Shown: piece by piece, positions 54,647 through 64,000 of the stretch
Layout: each line of letters opens with the position of its first letter
Numbering within the stretch: the stretch's first letter is position 1
DNA from: Octopus vulgaris
Lineage: Eukaryota
Assembly: GCA_951406725.2 (NCBI GenBank)
Contig: OX597817.1
Location: forward strand, 38,378,001-38,442,000
Direction of reading: 5' to 3'
DNA length: 64,000 nt
Notes under the pieces: model-generated
Database searches by the model: none
What the model was told of the DNA's origin: nothing
What the model saw: the letters and a program-made list of their open reading frames with translations, nothing else
Program-made: the position numbers and the translations under genes

Positions 54647-55472
54647 AAGGCGACTCCAGGTCTTTAGCGTCACTCGGGCTCAACATATAGTTCGTATAAG
54701 ACGCATTTATAAAAGAAGGTAAGAGACGTAATACACACTGCAGACTTATATGTGCACTGATAATTTAACAATAAGACAGAAATATAGTTTTAATATGTCT
54801 TTCTCATTTCTAAGTTAAGTGAAAAAATTGCTTTAATATGTCTTTCTCCATTTCTAAGTTAAGGGTAAAAATAAAGCGACCCGGCAAAACACAAATGGTC
54901 TTTACAGGCAGACATACAGAAAAGCAGCAATCAAATAACGACAGCGGAATGTACAAGAAACAACAGTGATCTCACTGTCGCCTGTAATCTTGACAAGAGA
55001 TGCCAGTTAGTCTTTTACACCTACCAGGCTCGTTCGTATTTGCCCGAGTTGCTTTAAGAATATTGTATAACGGAATTTTTTCATAGATTGGAATTTAAAT
55101 CCTAATCCCTGTAGAAATTTATTGTTTCAAGAAAGCATTGAATTTGAATTACTTTTAATTTTTACGATTATAGATTACAACTCGGGCTGTAACTTCTGAG
55201 CCCGAGTCAGGTACGTGTAAACGATGTCGAGAGAACGTTTGCTACGAGTGATATTTTTTGACACAGAGCACCTCTAACACGACTGCCAGACGTTGAACGA
55301 AAGTAAATGAGCTGCGACCAGGCTCAATAAGAGGAGCCCGAGTTATTGGTTGTAATTACATACTCGAAGTCAGTGTTGGCAGAAATTAAATCAGCTTGCG
55401 AATATATGTTCCCGTTACTAAATTTATACTCGGGCTAAGCTTGAACAGCCCGAGTGCCGGAGTCACCACTGG
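54646..55472. mobile_element. Non-autonomous DNA transposon (hAT-like) inserted in (TA)n
   Basis: Imperfect TIRs caaaggcgactcc...cactcgggct / agcccgagtgccggagtcaccactg, with multiple internal ctcgggct/agcccgag motifs in both orientations. Confidence 0.55.
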
Positions 55473-55480
55473 TATATATA

Positions 55481-55863
55481 TCTCTCTCTATATAAACGGC
55501 AGTTTGTCTGTGCGTGTTTCTGTGTGTCTGTTTGCTTGTACCCTCACCCTGACCACGGCTTTCAACCGATTCTGATGAAACTTGACACACACATAGCCCA
55601 ATGTCATAATTCAAAACTAACGCAGCGAAAATTTTGAAAAGTTCCCCCAGTTCTGAAAAAAATCGATAAATTCGACATGGGGTCGAGAATCAGAAACACA
55701 AACTATAAACTGTCTAGGGGACGCAACTCCACCTTTTTAAATCTCAAAAAATAATTTACCATCATTTTTTTCCATTTTTTTGCTATTTTTTGGCTATAAC
55801 TCTCTAAAAATGCTTTATAGTTATTTCCCTTACAAACCTGAGCAACGCCGGGCGATACTGCTA

Positions 55864-55864
<1 letters not shown>
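55481..55864 (+). mobile_element. Non-autonomous Helitron
   Basis: 5' A|TCtctctctatatataaa, 3' subterminal hairpin cctgagcaacgccggg followed by CTAG|T. No TIR or TSD. Confidence 0.85.
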
Positions 55865-55895
<31 letters not shown>

Positions 55896-55914
55896 CTTAT
55901 TTAATAAAAAAAAA

Positions 55915-57560
55915 ACTTAGATTGGCTATGACTAACTCAATAGCACCACCTGGAAAAATCTTTTAATTAATTATTTCGGGACACCATGGACCACTTAAGC
56001 AGAGAGTTGTTGTTGGCTGAGACGTATCCAGGTACAGGTGGTTTGCCCGGTATTTCCTGGAAGAATTTGTTCAGGTACCGTTTGAAAGTTGTGGGGCCTT
56101 TTTTTACTTTAATTTCTCTCGGGATAACATTGAAAAGAGCAGGACGATTTGCAATGAAGAAATTGTGCCGCAATGTTCTTATGTGATGTGATCTCGACCT
56201 TTATAGGGAGCCTAGCATTGCACGAGGGCCTAGTCTTGGGTGAATTGTAAACATAATACTGATATCATTTGAATAATATTGGTAGAATATTTTCCCCATG
56301 GTGCAAATAATGTATCGCTCACGGCGGCGTTGAAGAAAATAGAGTTTCAGTTGTTTAAGTTGAGCCCAATAATCAAGTCCCATCATGCCATTTATTTTTT
56401 TAGTGATTGATCTTTGTGGTGCTTCGATCTTCATTATGTCTTGCTTTTTGTAGGGGGACTACAATGGGCAGCAGTATTCAAGGTGGGGCCTAGCGAATTT
56501 AGAGAAGAGAAGGAACATGGTTTCATGATCCCTACATTGAAAAGTTCTGAAGATCCATGAGCACATTCTGCGGGCAACATCGACTTTTTTGTTGATGTGC
56601 ACACTCCATCTAAGGTTGCTGTCGACAGTTACACCTAAGTCTCTGATATCATCCAACGGTTCAAGTAATTCTCCCAACGGTAGTGTGCTGAATCAGGTTT
56701 GATTTCTTTTATTGCTGCTAGGATATCAGTAGCATTGAAGGTTGTATCGGAAAGGACATGATGAGGATTTAAAGAAGCAAAGCTGCTTGAGTCAACCGAA
56801 TCAGGGTCACTGAAAACATAGCAGTATTGACTTTGCAGAATCTCAACCATGTCTTTGGCATCATTGTGAAGGATGCTGTTTCCCTCAACCAGTGGGCCGA
56901 TAGAGGAAACTGTGGTCCTATGTGTTTTTGCAAAGGAGTAAGAAACCTTAGGATTATTCTTGGTGTTTTTAATAGCCCAGGCTTCCTCTGCTGCTCTTTG
57001 GTCGTTTATGGGGGTTCTCATGCAGTCCTGCAGCTGTTGCTTCTTTGATTCCAAGTTTGTTAATGTTCTCGATTGGGGCTGCTGATGATGGTGGTATTTT
57101 AGAGTATTGATTTTTCGGTCTATTCTTTTTATTCACCCGATGAGCGTTTTTCTCTGTTTTGGAATCCTGCATCTACTGCTATTTATGAGTCGTGAGGGTA
57201 TGTATTTTGAGCTTATGTGAGTGACTGTGTCCACAAATAGTTGCCCTGCATTTGTGTTTGTTGTGGTATTGGAGGAAGCAAGGGTGAAGGACCATTCCAC
57301 TTGCAATAGATTTTGAGTGATCGCACTCCAGTTTGACTTGCGTAAATTCATATTATCAAATGGGTGCACTGAAGTTAGGGATGTATGCCAAATTTTTGGA
57401 TGCTGAAGATTGAGGTTACAGAGTACTATGTCATGATCGGACAGGCGGGTTCTTTCCACTGTGATGTTATGGATAGCGTTAGCGTGATTGCTTAGCGCTA
57501 GATCCAAGACATTTGGTTGTTTCTGGTTGGTTCATGAACGAGTTGTGACAGGAAAAAATT
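55915..57560 (-). mobile_element. CR1-group LINE, decayed, with the RT core deleted
   Basis: Endonuclease end LDLALSN...LSDHDIV, then IKNNPK-like linker, then RDLGVTVDSNL...RPHLEYCCPL, KIEAPQRSITKKI and LQRRRERYII. No QG/YADD segment lies between IKPDSA and LEPLDDIRDLG. Confidence 0.9.
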
Positions 57561-57797
57561 ATCCATAAATTTGAGAAGTAACTCCACTGCTGCTTTGTCT
57601 GAATTTGAAGTGTATATATACTCTTTTACTAGTTGCAGTCATTTGACTGCGGCCATATACATACATGCATGCATGCATGCATACATACATACATACATAC
57701 ATACATACATACATACATACATACATACATACATACATACATACATACATACATACATACATACATACATACATACATACATACACACATATATTTA

Positions 57798-58540
57798 TAG
57801 GTGTTCGGGCTAAAGTTGACGATTTAAAATTTTTTTTTCAGGAGCAGCGGTGTTAGCGAGCATAAAGATTAAAGATGTAGTTGAGAAAAAGCTAGCTGAG
57901 ATGGAGGACTGGAAGCCATCTGAATATTGGAAAAGAGTTACGTGTCATGATGATTCGCGTTGGGTGTCAAAATGCTAACATCATGACTGCAGCTCAATAC
58001 ACTGTCAACACTGTAAAGGCTGTAAGGCGTAACATAGTCATCATGAAAACCAAGTTCCAGCGAACTATGTTGGTCTTTGGGGGTGTCTCCAGTGAGGCTG
58101 ACGTCATACCGCCCAACACATCTGAACAGGGCTTTAGGATAATTTCAGATGGTTATGTGAAATTGCCGTAAACTGTGGTCAAACTCTGGCTTCAAAGGCC
58201 GCATGTGTGGCAGCAAGACTAGGCTCTTTGTCATACTTCCAGGAAGTATTAGAAGTGGCTGTCAGAGAATTTCTATGGCTTCACCAATCGAAATTTCTGG
58301 GCTTCGAACTACTCCGATTGTAATCCCATAGATTACAACGTGAAGACTACGATTGAGAAAAACAGCAACTGCTCTACCTGCAAAACCAAGGCCAAGCCGG
58401 TGGCCAATATCAAGGAGACGTTTGAAGATCTTTCCAGGGACACAGTGAAAAATGCATGTACCAGGTTCTGGAGTCGTGTTGGACGCTGAGAGTTGATATT
58501 TCAAAATAGCTTTAATTTTGAATGAGATATTGTGTTTTCT
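57798..58540 (+). mobile_element. Tc1/mariner (maT/DD37D-like) transposase pseudogene
   Basis: VIMKTKFQRTMLVFGGVSSE...VWQQD*ALCHTS...FWASNYSDCNPIDYNV...NACTRFWSR, with a left TIR-like taggtgttcgggctaaagttg. Confidence 0.85.
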
Positions 58541-58854
58541 TTTCCTTTTATGCAAGTATCTTCTACTGTACACTCGGGCTGAACCAAAGCCTTGTGAATG
58601 AGTATGGTAGACAGAACCTTAAAGAATATCGTCATATATATATATACATGTGTGTATGTGTGTGTGTGTGTATGTGTGTGTTAGTGAGTGTATGTGTATG
58701 TGTCTGTGTGTTTGTGTGCGTACACACAAAGTAGACCGATAGAGTAAGTACCAAGCTTAAAAAGAAAATACTGGGATTGATTTGCTCGACTAAAATTCTT
58801 CAATGCAGTACTCCAGCATGGCTACAATGTAATGACTGAAAGAAGCTGTGTACA

Positions 58855-58991
<137 letters not shown>

Positions 58992-59354
58992 CATACATAC
59001 ATACATATATACCCTACTGTACCTTTAAGGAGCAAGTACTTCGCAATAACATAAAGATGGGGAATTGGAACTCAGAACGCAGAGAACAAGAACTGCGAAA
59101 GAATCTTTTCTGACGGTCCAAAAGTTCCACCAAACCTCAGCCCTGGACTGGTCGATAATTTATTAATCGATACTGGAACCGTGGTAGGATTTGAACTAAG
59201 ATACCAAGTACAAATAGTGTAATATATTTTATCCGATATTCTAACCACACAACCGGTTCACATGTGTATGTGTGTGTGTGCGCGCGCGTGCGCGTGTGTG
59301 TGTGTGTGTCTGTCTGTATATAGTACGCACATACTCATACACACACAGAAGTTT

Positions 59355-59600
59355 AAAGTGTTCGGTTCACGATCATAGTGTGGGTTCGATTCTTGGGCCG
59401 GGCAGTACATCGTGTCCTTGAGCATATCACTTCATTCCATGTTGCACCCGTTCACTCAGTTAAATATGAGTACCAGGCGAATGACTGTGCAGCTCTTCTT
59501 TTCCACTGGGTCAAAGAGTGGAAGAGTCAAGAGATGTTTATATCTGCTCCCGACTATATAGGTACATGCAGCAATTGGTGAAAGCATGGTACATGTTACC
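59355..59600 (+). mobile_element. SINE family C
   Basis: gtgttcggttcacgatc...gtgggttcgattc...gtgtccttgagca...cactcagttaaatatgagtaccag. Confidence 0.75.
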
Positions 59601-60358
59601 TAGCCATATTCGTTCACGGGGAGTGGCTGGGTCCTTATTTATGAGTGTGTGCGCGAGTGTGTACACATACATACATACATACATACATACATACATGCAT
59701 ACATACATACATACATACATACACACATACATACATACATACCTAAGTGACAATCTTGGTAAGTTAGGGTTTTCAGAAAAAGTATCAACCAGCTAATTCG
59801 TACATTACAAATGCAATCTGTATGTGGAACGGTAAAAATATGCAAGGCTTTTCTCAAGTTTAAAATGTGAATTTGTTTTCGTTCTTCCAACGACAAAGCT
59901 TTGTATCTTTGTTAGAAATCAGCTAACTTCCCAATCATATAAATTCATCGGGCCGGTTTTCTGGATGCCTCAGAGGAAGATTTCAAGTAATTAAAAACAG
60001 AAAAGAACATACATACAAGCACATTGACAGACTGATAGATTGTATTCAGTCATAAAACGGCAAGTTGATACCTGCATAGTTGCACATATGGTCTTTATAC
60101 ACCTAAATTCGTGTGATAGAGCGCGTTTTGTGTGTGTATTTGCAAAAGTGCATAAGTGCGTGTATGTGTTTACATACTTGTTACATACTTGTTTATATAC
60201 ACGCGTGCGTAATGTTTATGTGAGTCTGTACCTATGTGTGGATTGTTCCACATAACAATTATTTCATCAGTACACAGCATTGAACTTGGACATATCTCTT
60301 CTGCGCTCGCTCTTTTTACTTTCTGTTTCGCTATATTTCCGTCACTCTCTTTTTTTCT

Positions 60359-60420
<62 letters not shown>

Positions 60421-60902
60421 CTTATTTCTCTCTCTCCCCTACATGCACTTACAAGCGCACACAGACACACAGACACAATATAATATACTTAATACAAATA
60501 TTAAATTTCGATTAATTCATGTATTTATCCCTCCCCCGCATGTTCCCTTTGATTTAGCCTGCTATTTTCGCGTCTGTGCACATTTCTTCCCCTTTTCCTT
60601 ATCCAGTCTATCTATCTTTTTCTCAGTCTTCTAATCCATATACCTAATATCCACACCCCCTCTCTACCTCTATTTCTCTCTTCATACACACACACATACA
60701 CACACACACACCCACACACACACACACACACACACAACACACACGCACAACACACACATAAAATCTTTGTAAACCTAACAATCGATCGATCAATGAATGT
60801 AACTATCTATTTTTCTATCTGTCTCTGAGTTTATGTAGTTGCGTGGGTGTGTTTGTGTGTATGTCTATGAGTGTGTGAATCAGTGTGCATGTCAAGGACG
60901 CA

Positions 60903-60943
<41 letters not shown>

Positions 60944-61216
60944 ATTCACACTCACACACAACCACACGGAGGTAAATTCATAAATGCGATGGACACACGA
61001 ATATACATATACAATGTGCATTTACTGTTCTTAATTCATTATACATACATACATACATACATACATACATACATACATACATACATACATACACACACAC
61101 GAAAACAGACGCGCTCACATACATAGATGCGCGCACACGCAAACACTTCTCGAATTCGCGATTCATATTTATATATCGATCGACATTTTAATTCATTATC
61201 ACTGTTGTCTTCTCCT

Positions 61217-61231
61217 GCCATAGAGGGCGCT
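61217..61231 (+). promoter_or_regulatory. CTCF-like motif
   Basis: GCCATAGAGGGCGCT, in unique sequence about 180 bp from a candidate exon donor. Confidence 0.3.
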
Positions 61232-61410
61232 CTAACTCCTACAATATCTATCTCACATCACCCGCCTACAACCGATCAGGTGACTTGACGGAACTCCCCA
61301 CCCCACCCCCGAATGAACTCGCCACCACCACCATATCCATCACACTGTATTCCACCATCGCCACTTGTTGGTCGATATTGACCGAATAAAAAGAATTAGA
61401 TGGTACTCAC

Positions 61411-61540
61411 CGCCCATTCGGAAGAATCTACAGCCAACCAAACAGATTATATATGTTAGCTGTTCTTTATTGTCGCCAGACGACTACTTAATATCGTATC
61501 ATTTCCAGCAATTTCTAGATGATTCTAGAAAATTTCTTCG
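61411..61540 (-). other. Candidate non-coding (5'UTR) exon
   Basis: gctctccttag|CGAAG...GGGCG|gtgagt: consensus donor in unique sequence. Confidence 0.35.
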
Positions 61541-61569
61541 CTAAGGAGAGCGATAATTCATTATTATTA

Positions 61570-61626
<57 letters not shown>

Positions 61627-62006
61627 TATTATTATTTAAATTTCATTTCCTTTTCATTCATTCTTTCTCTAAACCCCCACACTTTTCTGTTGTTTGTAAA
61701 ACACTTCCATTTGTTTTCACTTGTGTATCATATTATGTCGAAAGATGTAGCTGCGTGTGTGTTGAATGTGTGTGTGTACGTGTGTGTCTATGTGAGTGTG
61801 TGTATGTGTACGTGTGTGTATGCGTGTGTGCGTGTACGTGTGTGTGTACGTGTGTGAGAGTGTATGTGTGTGTGAGTGTATGTGTGTGTACTTGTGTGAA
61901 TGTGTGTGTGTGTGTGTGTGTGTTTATATACATACACAGTAAATTTCCAGACGTAAATACATCCTTCGACACATACACTTACACGAGTACACACACACAC
62001 ACTCAT

Positions 62007-62061
<55 letters not shown>

Positions 62062-62100
62062 GCACATATATATATATATATATATATATTCTTTTCTTTT

Positions 62101-62494
62101 TTCTTTTACTTGTTTCAGTCATTTGACTGTGGCCATGCTGGAGCACCGCCTTTAATCGAGCAACTCGACCCCGGGACTTATTCTTTTGTAAGCCCAGTAC
62201 TTATTCTATCGGTCACTTTTGCCGAACTGCTAGGTAACAGGGACATAAACACACCAGCATCGGTTGTCAAGCAATGCTAGGAGGACAAACACAGACACAA
62301 TCACACACACGCATATTTATATATATACATATATACGACGGGCTTCTTTCAGTTTTCGTCTACCAAATCCACTCACAAGGCTTTGGTCGGCCCGAGGCTA
62401 TAGTAGAAGACACTTGCCCAAGGTGCCATGCAGTGGGACTGAACCCGGAAACATGTGGTTGGTAAACAAGCTACCTACCACACAGCCACTCCTG
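62101..62494 (-). mobile_element. SINE family B, full length and young
   Basis: Close reverse-complement match to 33830-34185, including the tRNA-like head gcaggagtggctgtgtggta. Confidence 0.92.
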
Positions 62495-62836
62495 CATATA
62501 TATATATATATATATGCGCATATGAACCCATGCTGAGCAGCAAAATTTTAGCTCATCTAAATGTGATGCTTAATTACTTAGTGTGCAGCAGAACGACTCG
62601 CCTGGTAGTCAGAGTCATGAATTAAATACTCGAGAAGAACGAACCTCAAATATACCACATAAGGAAAATAGGGAATATTTAACAGCTACCAATAGTCTGG
62701 TATCTATTCAACTCTCAGGCGCCGTTGAACTAATCATACATACATACATAAATACATACATGCATACATACATACATACATACATACATACATACATACA
62801 TACATACATACATACATTGCAAACATATATATATGA

Positions 62837-62893
<57 letters not shown>

Positions 62894-62906
62894 AAATATA
62901 TATATA

Positions 62907-63013
<107 letters not shown>

Positions 63014-63160
63014 AAAAGCAATAAAGATTCAAGTTAATTTAAATGAATTTACTTGAATATGGTACCTAACTTAGATGCACCAAAAAAAACTATACTGATT
63101 TAACAATACAGTAATGTGGGGTGATTATAAGCGAGAATGAAGCAACAAGAATGGATAGGT

Positions 63161-63251
63161 TTTTAGTACAATCGTTTCATACAAGGACAGGTTTTATTAA
63201 AAGCTGCAAAAATTACAACATATAAACGTGTCCCGTACTCATCAGCTAAAA
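63161..63251 (-). ncRNA. Type I hammerhead ribozyme (minus polarity)
   Basis: Mirror image of 63459-63549. Confidence 0.85.
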
Positions 63252-63458
63252 TACATGTGAGTTCTCTAGACATCCTAGTGGTTGAGGCTATACTCATGAA
63301 GTAATGTAGATAATTAAGTAACATAAACAGATTTCAGTTCATTAAAGTTCTTTAAAGAACTTTAATGAACTTTTGAAATCTGTTTATGTTACTTAATTAT
63401 CTACATTACTTCATGAGTATAGCCTCAACCACTAGGATGTCTAGAGAACTCACATGTA

Positions 63459-63549
63459 TTTTAGCTGATGAGTACGGGACACGTTTATATGCTGTAATTT
63501 TTGCAGCTTTTAATAAAACCTGTCCTTGTATGAAACGATTGTACTAAAA
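63459..63549 (+). ncRNA. Type I hammerhead ribozyme with a 60-nt extended stem II
   Basis: ttttag CTGATGA gtacgggaca...gctgtaa-ttt-ttgcagc...tgtccttgtat GAAA cgattG TA ctaaaa. Stem I has 6 perfect bp, the core is complete and cleavage is predicted after A63543. Confidence 0.85.
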
Positions 63550-63579
63550 ACCTATCCATTCTTGTTGCTTCATTCTCGC

Positions 63580-63625
<46 letters not shown>

Positions 63626-63637
63626 TACAAATATATT

Positions 63638-63676
<39 letters not shown>

Positions 63677-63709
63677 TATATACACTCTTTCACTCTTTTA
63701 ATCTTTTAC

Positions 63710-64000
63710 TTTGATAAGGTACAAATTGGCATGATAAGTCATAAGGTGCCAAACCTTGGCATTGCTGGTAAACTGGGAGAATGGTTGCATGACTTACTTA
63801 AAAACAGAAGTCAGGTGGTTGCAGCCAATGGCGCCTTTTCTAAGGAAACTGTAATCGTGAGTGGTGTCCCTCAGGGAACTGTTCTGGGGCCATTACTGTT
63901 CATAATAGCCCTCTTAGACATGCCTACAGTCACTCGGACAGCCGCTGTCACTAGCTATGCCGATGACACAAAATTATCACAGGCAGTAAAAAATCAAGAG
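63710..64000 (+). mobile_element. CR1-group LINE RT core, 5'-truncated, running off the window
   Basis: Open frame FDKV...LGIAGKLGEWLHDLLKNRSQVV...SGVPQGTVLGPLLFII...SYADDTKL. Confidence 0.93.

Larger units (their letters stand above)
63131..63579. mobile_element. 449-bp near-perfect palindrome with intact-looking hammerhead ribozymes on both strands
   Basis: By eye the arms differ by one substitution and one 3-nt indel. There is no spacer (centre gttcttt|aaagaac at 63353/63354). Confidence 0.92.

Overview
AT-rich, microsatellite-saturated animal genomic DNA. The tRNA-derived SINE families and the simple-repeat load look like an octopod cephalopod (Octopus-like); this is inferred from remembered repeat sequences, not from a search. 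Most of the window is intronic or intergenic. It holds many SINE copies, decayed LINE fragments (RTE, L1/Tx1, CR1-group, CRE-like, R4/Dong-like), DNA transposon remnants (Tc1/mariner, Merlin, hAT-like), a non-autonomous Helitron and Penelope-like element (PLE) remnants. One plausible host gene runs on the minus strand, with a large exon at 15607-16369 and smaller candidate exons. Most ORFs in the supplied track are microsatellite artefacts. The main unexplained signal is six fold-back (inverted-repeat) elements of about 0.3-0.8 kb, plus one tandem repeat, that appear unrelated in sequence. Each carries a type I hammerhead ribozyme core (CUGANGA...GAAA...NUH) with a self-complementary stem III, present in both polarities in the fold-backs, and three have very long stem II insertions. 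The youngest (63131-63579) is a near-perfect palindrome with intact-looking ribozymes on both strands. All structures were paired by eye, and coordinates of decayed repeats are approximate.
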